A DNA stretch of 64,000 nucleotides from Candidatus Dojkabacteria bacterium (GCA_030950485.1 JAUZRK010000003.1:20228-84227), one strand, 5' to 3'; counted from the stretch's first letter, positions 18,251-27,978 are shown. Notes: generated from the sequence alone by a model not told the origin. Numbers and translations are program-made.

Positions 18251-19603
18251 TTAATTAACAAGCATTTGGATCAATTCATTGTCTTTATCTAAATCTAGAT
18301 TATGAGCCATTGTAGCCAGTTCCAAAAGTTGATCTGCAGTTAATCTTAAATTTCCTACCCATGCTCTGCCATTTACAAACTGAGTCGAAACAGTTCTAAT
18401 AACTCCCCCCATTCTAATATGAGCTGATAGAAGACCGTATCTGAGCTTTTCAATTTCGCCATTATCCATTTTTATATATATTTCATCTGGTATTACAGCT
18501 TCTTCAATTACGAATCCTCTAAAGTCGGGGTTTTTACTATATTCATCTATAATCAGTTTACTAATTGCTTCAACCTTAGAATTAATATCACCGAACTCCC
18601 ACATAAAAACCTCTACACCATCTCCGTCTGTCCCAAGCCTTCTTTTTAAAACTACATCTGCAACATTATGCTTTTTATGCATTATTCTCAATGTTCCTCT
18701 AATATATAGATTTAATTCCTCAATAGTCATATCACTATCTAGTTCAAGGCAAAACCCTAAACCAAGAGCAAGATCTTCAGGGTTACCACCTGCCGCAGAA
18801 ACTCTTTGATATATTTCGGACTTAGTTTTATCTGGCAGGTTATTTGAATACATTATTTCTTCAGCAGTTTTACTAGATATATCATTTATCTCTTCCCTGA
18901 GGAGTTTAGGATATAAATTTCCCTTATCTATTAATTTAGCCGACTCTGGACCATTAGCCATTACAAACAGTGGAACTCCAACTTCTTGACTTAAGTAAGA
19001 TATAATTATTTTCATTTCAAGATCAAGGTGATACAGATCAATAGCAATATTTTCCTTTCCAAGCTCTTCTATTAAAGTGGCTATCACTTGAGAACCTTGA
19101 GTTTTTAAATTATCTTTATGATCTCTCATAGCCAGTAAAATACTGTGAGAAGTGTAATACATTTCTTCATTACCTATTTTTAATTGTATTCCCTTGTATT
19201 GATCTCCATCTGCTCTAGGGTACCCTTCTCTCCCAGAAAGAACGGTAATGTCACCCTCAGCCTTAGACATGTAGGTTCTCTGAGTACAGACTGAATTAAT
19301 ATCTATTCCCATTTTAGTTGCAACATCGATTTCATGATGATTCATGTCCCTTGTCCCTGAGGCTATAGATAAAGTCCTCCTAGGTGAAATACCAGCTAAA
19401 TGACTATCTATATTTCTTCTACTTAAAGGTATCATTGCTTGCTGACTTAAATGTATATCTAAACTATTCATTAATTCTTCTCCAAGTAATTCCTCACCTA
19501 TTGCCTCTACTCCGCTGTTTGTCAAAACTATTAAGCTACCTCCTTCTTCGCCAAAGGAGAGTCTATCGTATTCTTCTCCAATTTGTAAATTTTCTATAGC
19601 CAT
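18251..19603 (-). CDS. Hypothetical protein (450 aa), GC-richer than its surroundings; function unknown
   Basis: Long ORF with GGG/CCC-rich codons unlike the neighbouring genes; no motif I can assign with confidence (an ATP-grasp ligase is a loose guess only). Confidence 0.55.
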   Translation of the reverse strand: MAIENLQIGEEYDRLSFGEEGGSLIVLTNSGVEAIGEELLGEELMNSLDIHLSQQAMIPLSRRNIDSHLAGISPRRTLSIASGTRDMNHHEIDVATKMGIDINSVCTQRTYMSKAEGDITVLSGREGYPRADGDQYKGIQLKIGNEEMYYTSHSILLAMRDHKDNLKTQGSQVIATLIEELGKENIAIDLYHLDLEMKIIISYLSQEVGVPLFVMANGPESAKLIDKGNLYPKLLREEINDISSKTAEEIMYSNNLPDKTKSEIYQRVSAAGGNPEDLALGLGFCLELDSDMTIEELNLYIRGTLRIMHKKHNVADVVLKRRLGTDGDGVEVFMWEFGDINSKVEAISKLIIDEYSKNPDFRGFVIEEAVIPDEIYIKMDNGEIEKLRYGLLSAHIRMGGVIRTVSTQFVNGRAWVGNLRLTADQLLELATMAHNLDLDKDNELIQMLVN

Positions 19604-19623
19604 AAAAATATATATTATAAAGA

Positions 19624-19660
19624 TAAAAAAAATCCCCTTTCGGGGATTTATATGTTTTTC
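19624..19660 (-). terminator. Rho-independent terminator (bidirectional shape) after the DAHP synthase gene
   Basis: aaaaaaaa-aatcccc-tttc-ggggatt-tatatgttttt; on the minus-strand RNA the hairpin is followed by a U8 tract. Confidence 0.7.
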
Positions 19661-19837
19661 TACTAGATATGCAAAAACAACCCCTAATTAGGATTTCCAA
19701 AAAAGTAAAAGAAAAAATAGTTTTGGTTTGTTTTTGTTTTATTATTCACGAACTGATGATAACAGAAAGTTTAAATATTTAAAATATTTTTCACTAATAT
19801 TTACAGATAGTCTTATGTACTGCCTTATAGATATAGC

Positions 19838-20742
19838 TTATAAGTCTCTATTCTTCGATATATCAACGACTAGTTTTTTAAGCTCACTGATAGAAATATG
19901 CTGCCCAGTATCTGTTTTAGATGTACCAACTTCTATTAAAATCCCATCATATAAAAATCCGCTTTCATTCAACTTCATATTAGCTGCATCAATCGTAGCA
20001 TCTAAAATACTGTCTCTCATTCTTGGACCATAGGCATGGCTTGGGTCAAAGTACAACTTACAACCGGTTCTCTTTTTTACTCTAGCTGCATGATTATGCA
20101 TAGGATAATTTCTATAGTCAGCTTTTTCTGGAATATCAAATCCTCTATGAATCAATACCGTGTGATTCTTATTATCAGAGTAACTAAGCCTTCCCAAGCA
20201 CTCTCAATAGGAGTTTTTAACTCAGAATTTTTATAATTATCTGCAACTTCAATATGTTCACCAACCCATTTCCCATTTTTTAATCCAACTACCCATTCAT
20301 TTTCTTTTGCAACAGCACTCATTTGCATTACTTGCCAGCCTAGTTGATTTACAGAAGGGTTCCAAATCATAACTTTTTGCTTTGGTAATTCTCTTGAGAG
20401 AACAGGTAACTGTACTATTGGCATCATTATTTCTGTAGCAATATTCAAACCTGTCTTTTTAATTATTTCTTTTGCAATTTCTATACTTGGTGGAATTTGA
20501 AAATCTTTAATATTCCCTCCCTTTGGTAGAAGTTGGAAATTGTACATTAAAGTTTCGTAATCCATTCCCATTCCCTCTCCTGACTTATCTAAAACTGTTC
20601 TAGATTTAAGACCTACAATTCTTGTTCCTGTAATTGCCATTTTGCCATTAATCTCTATCTTTGCAATTTCTAAAATCTCCTTTTTATTATTATCTATAGA
20701 ACATGGTCCCGCATAAATTGAGAACTTTTTATTTTTAATCAT
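19838..20742 (-). pseudogene. 3-deoxy-7-phosphoheptulonate (DAHP) synthase, class I-beta/KDO8PS-like, split by a frameshift near 20165-20175
   Basis: Two overlapping ORFs (196 aa + 119 aa). Together they carry GPCSI, KSRT...GxG, EIM, GLKNG, ...LIHRG and CKLYFDPSHAYG (DPSH) motifs in DAHPS order. The junction ..ESAWEG/LSYSDNK is explained by a 1-nt deletion in a G-rich run. A sequencing error cannot be excluded. Confidence 0.6.
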
Positions 20743-20931
20743 AAATACTATTTAAAAACTATAATTGATTATTCAACCTTTTTTAATGACTAAATCTTCA
20801 TAGTAACATTCTATTAGAAATGTTAAACGATAGAAAGGTACATTTAGAATGTCTTTGAAATGTGACAGAAAAAATATTAATCTATATTTGGAAAAAAACC
20901 CACTCTATACTTTATATATTAATTTTCAAAT

Positions 20932-21171
20932 ATGGATCATTCAGTAATAAAAGATCTCCTTTGGAGAGCTCTAACAGATACATCTTTTAGAGAAATTTTA
21001 GTTAGTGATTTTGAATCAGCAGTTAAGGATCATGAGTTATCTGATGAGGATAAAGCTTTACTAAAAAAAGTAGTTAACGATAAACCAGGTCAAATCGACG
21101 ATCTTGGAAGTTATCTTTCTCAAGTTCTAAGCGAAAGAGATAACAAAGGGTTCATTATGGCTGGTGGGTGA
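20932..21171 (+). CDS. Nif11/NHLP-leader-like small protein (79 aa) ending in Gly-Gly immediately before a TGA stop
   Basis: MDHSVIKDLLWRALTDTSFREILVSDFESAVKDHELSDEDKALLKKV resembles the helical Nif11/NHLP leader (LIAKAW.D..F...LL..P..AL...GV.LS.EE). The ORF terminates ...GFIMAGG-TGA with no core peptide. Confidence 0.5.
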   Translation: MDHSVIKDLLWRALTDTSFREILVSDFESAVKDHELSDEDKALLKKVVNDKPGQIDDLGSYLSQVLSERDNKGFIMAGG

Positions 21172-21179
21172 TTAATCTA

Positions 21180-24100
21180 CTATAATTCCAAGAAATCCTC
21201 AGTTTTTGGTCGTATTAATTTATTAAATACAATCTTAAAAAGCTGAGGATTTTCTATCTTTATTCCGTCTATATCTTTTATAGAATCTATAAATTCATCG
21301 TATGATGATATATTAGCTTTAATTTTTATCTTTTCTTCCCCCATATTTATTTCGAATACAGCAAATGTTTTGTCACCTTCATTTATATCTACTATTCCAT
21401 TATTTATATCTATAAACTCACCCAAGATAAATCTTACTTTTGACATGTCATACCTATGAAACGCCGAAGTAACAGCGAGCTGTGGAGAAAGCGCAAATAC
21501 TCTATCAAGCTGATCTAATAGCCTGTCGATATCTCCAGGAACCATTTCTAATGGTAAAGACTTTATTAAATTCATATATAAATTAGCTTTGGTCTCCTTA
21601 TTTCCTGGAATTCTATGAATAAATTCAGGGTAAAGAAAAAGCATACTTGCTAAGTTTGATGAAACATTAGCAACTCTCTGTCTCATAGATTCATCTTCTG
21701 ATTGACCTAGCATTGATAAGACTTGTAATAAGTTAGTAAGGGCATTTAACCTTACTTTAGAAAATTCCATGACGATAACTTCAGGCAAAAGTCTAATCAT
21801 GTCAGAATAGATATCCGAGATTTCAACTCCCGCATAAAATGCTACTACTGGTTGATTAGTAATCAGTTGAGCTTTAGATCTTGCTGGTATCAAAGTACTC
21901 TTAATCAATATATCTAATTTCTCAGGTGCTGTTTTAGCTTCTACCAGTTGTTGTAAAAGATCAACATTCTTAGGCCTTTTAAACATAGGTTCGTATTTTT
22001 GTTTAATTAAATCTATAACCCTACCTTCTTGTTCAACATCTCCATACATAGTGTAAAGAGAAGCTAATGTAATGCCAAAAGCTCTTAGGTCCTTAGCGTT
22101 AATTATTTCGTCTACAGATTGCTCTAAAAACTGAAGCGCTGTTGCATCTTTTTCTCCCTCTTCTTTTAATGCTTTATATGAATCATATAATAATATAGCC
22201 TTAATCCTTGGATTAGTTTTGCATAACTCATAAAACTTTTCTTCAGACTCACTCATTGATTGCTTAAGTCTCAAAGGCATTAGCTTATATTGGTAGCTTA
22301 CTGCTAATCGACCTATAACTTCAGCAGAATTCTCGTCAATTTCACCAGCATAATTGGCAATAGTATTAATTAATTTAATTAGCCTTTGACTATTAGAGAC
22401 TTCAATCCAAGATCCATCAACAGTTTCATTTAATTCTTTCCATTCAGTGTACAAACTAGCCTTAAATACCAAATCTGGGTTATCCAAAGCATTTAAATCA
22501 ACTCTATCTATAAAATTGAATGTAGATTCACCATTTACAAATGCCTTTTCTGCAAGATCTAAAAAAATCATTGAACTTTCAGCTTTTAGGTTAATATATT
22601 CTTCATTCGCCTCTAGGCGTCTAAACTGATCAGCCGTATTATCTAGAAATTGTGCATACACTAAATTATCACCATTAAAAAGAGAAACGTCATTTTCTTT
22701 TACATCTATTGGTGAAACTTCTAGTGTCCCTTGATAAAATTCGTTAGGAAGAATTCTTATACTCCCATCTGCTTCTTCAAATCTTCTAATCGCCTCGATA
22801 CTTTCCAAATAATCTAATTGAGCTCCTAATGTTTCATTTGAATCTACTTCTAAAATCCTACTAAGTGTGTTTAACTTTATACCTAATTGAAAACCTCCGT
22901 AAGCAGCTTCTAGTACTTTTACTCTTATTTCATCCTGTTTCGTAAATTGTTTGTCTCTAAGTTGATTATAAAGAATCTGAATATAGGTAGAATTGCCATC
23001 TCTAATAGAAGCATTATTATATCCGTATTCCTGTCTTCCATGCATTGCTTCTAATTTTGCGAGATATATACTAGCCTCCGACCATCTTTCATTTTCAATA
23101 AAAAGCGTAAGAGTTCTATCAAAATACATTCTAGGTAAGTGATGTATGTGTGATTCAAGAAACTCTTGTGCATTTATAAATTCTCGTTTAGCTTCAAAAT
23201 CAACATCAACTAAGAAAATGTGATAATTTCCTTCTGTTCTGAAGTGAGACACATCACCATCAATTCCTAAATTGTCATTAATGCTACAAGCTATTCTAAT
23301 TCCTGGTTCTCCTCCAGCCTTGATCATATGTCCTGCGGCTCCCCCTAAAGCATTTACATGAATATTAAATTGTGGCGAATTATAGAATCGAAAAGGTATA
23401 GCATTATCAACTGCTGCGGTTATTCTATAGTTTTCATCTAGACGATTATCATGGAGAACCCTAAGTACTTTAGAGATCTCTGCAGTTTGAGCCTCCAGAA
23501 TAATAAAACCATCTGCTCTAACTTTAACATCGTAGCCTAGTAATCTTGCTTTAGACACAGCCTCTAAAATACTCTGCCTGAATTCTTCATCATAATCATC
23601 TCCATTAACATTTCCAATAAAAATAATACTCTGTCCCGCATCTACCTTATCAGCTATTACAATTTCCTGAGTAGCAGTTTTTATATTTTGAACTATCGTA
23701 GTTTTCCAGCTATCTTCAATACTACCTGCTCGAACTTTTAATTCCTGCTTATTTTGCCATATGGATTTAGCACCTACTTTTAAGTGCACATGTGTATCAT
23801 TATGTGCTTTTAATGATTTCAAATTCTTATCTACTTCTTTACTTCTAGTTTCACAGATAATCCCTACTTTATCAGGAGTATTTACATTTCCTATAGCATT
23901 AAAAGTTGTAGTTAATGAATCGCCCTCGGTTGTCCATCTTAGGTCATCTAATATACCAGGATTTAAAGCTATAAGAATGTCATCTAGATGTTCTACGTAG
24001 CCTAAAATCTCTTCCTCACTTCCATAGAAATGAATCCAAGGACTATCTCCCATTACGTCTACTATTACTGCTTTAGCAGCGCATACTTGCCCAGATCTAT

Positions 24101-24527
24101 TTAATTTATCTATAACCATTCCCAAATTACCAAAAGAGCTTCGATATAAGTTTATACCTCTCTCTACTTGTTTCTTACTAAAACCAACTCCATCAATTTC
24201 CCTCATAGCTTGAGGTCTAACATTTTCAGCTAGACTTCTCGCAGCATGTAGATCCCCATCGCTTTGATAATATACGAGAGTTAAATATATTCTTTCTGGA
24301 GAATAACCGTTGCTAGAACAAAAAGCTAATAAGTTATCAATGTCTAGTATAGCCACTTCAGAACCTTCACCAAATGCTCTAGAAAACAAATCAGGATTTT
24401 GCTCATGTATTTCATTAATTGCAGCTAGTGGATCTAACCTAAAATTGTCTAATACCTCTGTCTCAAACTTCCCATTTTCAGACGTTTCACTATAAAGCAG
24501 ATCTTCAGCATCTCTTTTATCTGACAT
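21180..24527 (-). CDS. Large hypothetical protein (1115 aa), no recognisable domain
   Basis: Uninterrupted ORF; no Walker motif, no HExxH, no Cys clusters. Convergent with the NHLP-like gene (8-bp gap) and divergent from the M50 protease gene. Confidence 0.6.
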   Translation of the reverse strand: MSDKRDAEDLLYSETSENGKFETEVLDNFRLDPLAAINEIHEQNPDLFSRAFGEGSEVAILDIDNLLAFCSSNGYSPERIYLTLVYYQSDGDLHAARSLAENVRPQAMREIDGVGFSKKQVERGINLYRSSFGNLGMVIDKLNRSGQVCAAKAVIVDVMGDSPWIHFYGSEEEILGYVEHLDDILIALNPGILDDLRWTTEGDSLTTTFNAIGNVNTPDKVGIICETRSKEVDKNLKSLKAHNDTHVHLKVGAKSIWQNKQELKVRAGSIEDSWKTTIVQNIKTATQEIVIADKVDAGQSIIFIGNVNGDDYDEEFRQSILEAVSKARLLGYDVKVRADGFIILEAQTAEISKVLRVLHDNRLDENYRITAAVDNAIPFRFYNSPQFNIHVNALGGAAGHMIKAGGEPGIRIACSINDNLGIDGDVSHFRTEGNYHIFLVDVDFEAKREFINAQEFLESHIHHLPRMYFDRTLTLFIENERWSEASIYLAKLEAMHGRQEYGYNNASIRDGNSTYIQILYNQLRDKQFTKQDEIRVKVLEAAYGGFQLGIKLNTLSRILEVDSNETLGAQLDYLESIEAIRRFEEADGSIRILPNEFYQGTLEVSPIDVKENDVSLFNGDNLVYAQFLDNTADQFRRLEANEEYINLKAESSMIFLDLAEKAFVNGESTFNFIDRVDLNALDNPDLVFKASLYTEWKELNETVDGSWIEVSNSQRLIKLINTIANYAGEIDENSAEVIGRLAVSYQYKLMPLRLKQSMSESEEKFYELCKTNPRIKAILLYDSYKALKEEGEKDATALQFLEQSVDEIINAKDLRAFGITLASLYTMYGDVEQEGRVIDLIKQKYEPMFKRPKNVDLLQQLVEAKTAPEKLDILIKSTLIPARSKAQLITNQPVVAFYAGVEISDIYSDMIRLLPEVIVMEFSKVRLNALTNLLQVLSMLGQSEDESMRQRVANVSSNLASMLFLYPEFIHRIPGNKETKANLYMNLIKSLPLEMVPGDIDRLLDQLDRVFALSPQLAVTSAFHRYDMSKVRFILGEFIDINNGIVDINEGDKTFAVFEINMGEEKIKIKANISSYDEFIDSIKDIDGIKIENPQLFKIVFNKLIRPKTEDFLEL

Positions 24528-24599
24528 ATAGTTGAAAGATTCAATAAATAGTATATTATATGGCTAGGATAAGTCCCAAACTCAACGAATTATAGCAAG

Positions 24600-25739
24600 A
24601 TGTTCCGTCATCTCCAAATAACAATGACAAAGAGAAATTACAACTGGCAGAGCAATATAACAATAAACGAAAATTTTTATCTAGACAGGGGTGACAGACT
24701 TGGAAAAGATAAAAACTCGTCACATTATTTCCTTATAGATTCTAATAGCTCTAAAAGAGTTTTGATTTCACCTAACGAAGCTTTTATATGGTTAGAGTTA
24801 AAGGAGAACGGTGATGTGAAAGAGGTTCTATTAAACTATCTTAAAACATTTAATAAGATTGATTATGAACTCTTTGAGAATATTTTAGATAAATGGGCAG
24901 ACGAGGGTATTATCTCAGGAAAAAGCTTAAATATTCATGTTAAGGAAAAAAAGATTGTAGCTAAAAATTTTATACACTATATCTATCTGGTATCAAACTT
25001 AAGTATAAATATAAGCCTATTATCAAAGTTAATAAATAATACATATAAACTCATACCAAAGTTTATGTTTTCCAAATTCGTATCTTTGGGCAGTATTCTT
25101 ATAGCTACAATAATAAACTTTTTCTATCTATCAACATTTATAATACAAGGAGAAGACACTTTCAAATCAGATAACGTTGCATCTTCGTCTTCGCTATTAA
25201 GTCTTCTACTCATTCCTATGATAACAATCATAGTGCATGAACTTGGACATGGGCTTGCTCTTAGCCATATTGGGCTTAAAGTTAAACGAAGCGGATTTAG
25301 GCTTGTTTTCGGTATTCCAGTATTCTTTGTCGATACGTCTGATTCTTGGATGAAGAAGGCATATAAAAGAATATTTGTAACTGCTGCGGGGCTTATAGTT
25401 AATTATTTATTAGCTGCAATTAGTTTATTCATTGTAATTTTAAATACTAATTCCTCTATAGATTTATTTTTCATGGCGTTAGCTATTACGAATCTTCTAA
25501 CATTAGCCATCAACCTGATTCCTTTCCTTGATTTTGATGGATACTACCTTTTAATAGACTCTTTTAATTTACCAAATCTAAAAAATGAATCATTTAGAAT
25601 TCTTCTAAGATTTATAGGGGATCATAAAATATCTAGGAATGAAATTCTGTTTTTATTTTTCAGCTTATTTTGGACAATCTTTCTTGCGGCGTTCATTACC
25701 TTTATGTTCTTACAAATATCAGGCCTAATTTTAAATTAA
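24600..25739 (+). CDS. Site-2-protease-like (peptidase M50) integral membrane zinc metalloprotease
   Basis: HELGHGLALSH (HExxH in a TM helix) plus the downstream NLIPFLDFDGYYLL block (S2P NxxPxxxLDG motif); multiple TM helices. Confidence 0.65.
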   Translation: MFRHLQITMTKRNYNWQSNITINENFYLDRGDRLGKDKNSSHYFLIDSNSSKRVLISPNEAFIWLELKENGDVKEVLLNYLKTFNKIDYELFENILDKWADEGIISGKSLNIHVKEKKIVAKNFIHYIYLVSNLSINISLLSKLINNTYKLIPKFMFSKFVSLGSILIATIINFFYLSTFIIQGEDTFKSDNVASSSSLLSLLLIPMITIIVHELGHGLALSHIGLKVKRSGFRLVFGIPVFFVDTSDSWMKKAYKRIFVTAAGLIVNYLLAAISLFIVILNTNSSIDLFFMALAITNLLTLAINLIPFLDFDGYYLLIDSFNLPNLKNESFRILLRFIGDHKISRNEILFLFFSLFWTIFLAAFITFMFLQISGLILN

Positions 25740-25781
25740 TTCCTATTCCTGATAAACTAAATTATATTTATATAATAATTA

Positions 25782-26228
25782 ATGAATAGATCGAATAGCC
25801 AACTTGTTTTTGTGATAGGTGGCTTGCTACTTATAGCAGCTGCTCTTCTTTTTTTAACTTTTGACAGTGTCGATTCTACTGTAAGCAAAGATGATAGTAA
25901 AAATACAGCTGATCTTAATAAAAGTGCTCCTACAAGAGAAGGAGATATAGTCTCTCATATCGTAGATGGTTTTTATCTAGAAGCTGAGTTTAAAGGAGGT
26001 AATTCATGGGACTTTGTAATTAATGGAAGTGTGCCTAATCCCTGTTATACATATGATACTGAAGTTATTATTGCTGAAAGCTTTCCAGAACAAGTCACTG
26101 TAAATTTAGATGTAAATAAACCAGCAGAAGGTCTTATATGTACTCAAGTAATTGAAGAAGTAACTATAAATGGAAGTTACCAAGCAGATGAAAACTCAAC
26201 AGTTAGACTTAAAGTAAATAGAAAGTAA
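25782..26228 (+). CDS. Hypothetical membrane-anchored exported protein (148 aa)
   Basis: N-terminal TM/signal anchor (LVFVIGGLLLIAAALLFLTF), two Cys; immediately downstream of the M50 gene. Confidence 0.5.
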   Translation: MNRSNSQLVFVIGGLLLIAAALLFLTFDSVDSTVSKDDSKNTADLNKSAPTREGDIVSHIVDGFYLEAEFKGGNSWDFVINGSVPNPCYTYDTEVIIAESFPEQVTVNLDVNKPAEGLICTQVIEEVTINGSYQADENSTVRLKVNRK

Positions 26229-26294
26229 CTAACGTATTTCAATAGTACTTTTGAATTTAAGACTTGTAAATTTTTACAGTTCTTTTTTATAACA

Positions 26295-27929
26295 TTACTC
26301 TTTCAATAAATTTCTCAGACTCCAAACTATTGAAATTATAAATATTATAAAAAGAAGTGATGCTATATCTATTCCTAGCAATAATCTCGTTTTCTCAGTT
26401 ATAACCATCATCATGAAACCTAAGAAACTCAGTGTAGATGTAAATAGAACAGCTTCGATTTTTAATTTATATTTATCCTGTTTATTCTTTTCATTGTCAG
26501 TTTGATTGACGTTTATTTTTATACCATCTTCTGTTAATCCTTTAAGCATTTTAGCTGAATCTTTTGGAATACTTGTTATATTCTCTTTCCAATCAAGTAA
26601 ACCTCTATATGCCTTTGCCATGTCTTTCTTAAAGTTATCGGTATTAAGGTAGTTCAACGGCATATTCATTTGTTCCTTTTCAAATAATGGTTTCATCATT
26701 TCTAAAATATTAGAAGTCGGAGCTACTATTTGAAGCATCCCATCATATATTGCTAATACTTTACCTAATAGAACAAGATACATTGGAAACTGAATCCCTA
26801 GTTTTGTCGAAACAAACATAGCTTCAGTAAAAGCTGCAGTAGGGCTATAACTTTCTGCAATTGATGTTTCTAATTTATCAACAATCTTCTTCAGCTCTTT
26901 TGCTATTACATCTTTAGGCTCAGCACCTTCTTCTTGGTCGAATTTTAGTACAGCTTCTGTAAGGCCTAAATAATCACCTGAAATTAACGCAAATGCTATA
27001 TTTTTAAATTCTTCTACTTGAGTTTTAGTTATCATAGTCACTATCCCAAAATCTATGTATGAAATTTTATTAGGTTCATTCAAAATAATATTTGATGGGT
27101 GTGGGTCTGCATGAACTAATCCATAGGTAAATATTTGACGATATATATTTGTCGTGAATAAATCCAAAATCATTTTCCTACTATAAATTTTACCTTTATA
27201 AGGCTGTTCATCACTACCTGTGTATTTAAATAAGTCTAGAAGCTCTTTTATTGATGGACCTTCAATAAACTCAGTAACCAGGATTTTATCAGTAGAGTAT
27301 TCTCTATATACCTTTGGTGTATGGGTATTTGTATCATTTTGAAAATTTTCTCTAAATTTCTCCATACTAGAAGCTTCTATACTATAGTCAAGTTCGTTTA
27401 ACGTCCAATTTTCGAACTCCTTTATTAATTCACCTAGTTGGAGTTGCTTTATCTGGGGAATGAATGCACTTAATTTAACGATATTTTTTAGTATACCTAC
27501 ATCCTCCCTAATGAGCTTTTCCATTCCAGGTTTCTGTATCTTAATTGCTACTTTCTCATTCTCGCTTAGATAACCTATATGGACTTGTCCTAACGAAGCC
27601 ACAGCTATCGCAGTATCATCAATTGCCTCAAGAATATGACTTGCATTCTCCCCAAGTTCCTCAGAAATTAAATTCTCTACTATTTCAAATTCAATCGGTT
27701 CTCCTGAATCTAGTAAGACCTGTAGTTCTTTACACGTAATCTTATGTAGTAGATCATACCTTACACTTAACATTTGACCAAACTTAATATAAGTTGGTCC
27801 TAGTTCAGTGATTATTTGCCTTAACTCTATACTTTTAGCCTTTATTTCAGGATTACCTAGCTTGTGACCTTGGCTGAGTAAAGGGTATAGCGCTCTTAGA
27901 AATTTTGTTATTTTAAATACAGAGTTCAT
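26295..27929 (-). CDS. UbiB/ABC1-family atypical protein kinase with C-terminal TM anchor
   Basis: ABC1 signature GPTYIKFGQMLSVRYDLL, kinase-like catalytic region (HADPHPSNIIL), C-terminal hydrophobic helices. Confidence 0.75.
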   Translation of the reverse strand: MNSVFKITKFLRALYPLLSQGHKLGNPEIKAKSIELRQIITELGPTYIKFGQMLSVRYDLLHKITCKELQVLLDSGEPIEFEIVENLISEELGENASHILEAIDDTAIAVASLGQVHIGYLSENEKVAIKIQKPGMEKLIREDVGILKNIVKLSAFIPQIKQLQLGELIKEFENWTLNELDYSIEASSMEKFRENFQNDTNTHTPKVYREYSTDKILVTEFIEGPSIKELLDLFKYTGSDEQPYKGKIYSRKMILDLFTTNIYRQIFTYGLVHADPHPSNIILNEPNKISYIDFGIVTMITKTQVEEFKNIAFALISGDYLGLTEAVLKFDQEEGAEPKDVIAKELKKIVDKLETSIAESYSPTAAFTEAMFVSTKLGIQFPMYLVLLGKVLAIYDGMLQIVAPTSNILEMMKPLFEKEQMNMPLNYLNTDNFKKDMAKAYRGLLDWKENITSIPKDSAKMLKGLTEDGIKINVNQTDNEKNKQDKYKLKIEAVLFTSTLSFLGFMMMVITEKTRLLLGIDIASLLFIIFIISIVWSLRNLLKE

Positions 27930-27978
27930 CTGATTACATAATACAGTTTTGTCTTCGTTATAGAAAGACTTCTAACTA

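Noticed and set aside
20743-20931. T-box or other riboswitch leader upstream of the aromatic-branch operon
   Set aside because: No T-box consensus (AATTAGGGTGGNACCGCG) or specifier/antiterminator structure on the minus strand. Only a weak imperfect inverted repeat (aacattcta...tagaatgtc) is present.
21169-21171. Possibility that TGA is a sense codon (genetic code 25 or 4) in this organism
   Set aside because: All r-protein genes and tuf are full-length under the standard code and pheA terminates with TGA at a sensible C-terminus. The ABC-F N-half ends with TGA overlapping a bona fide ATG. So TGA functions as stop.
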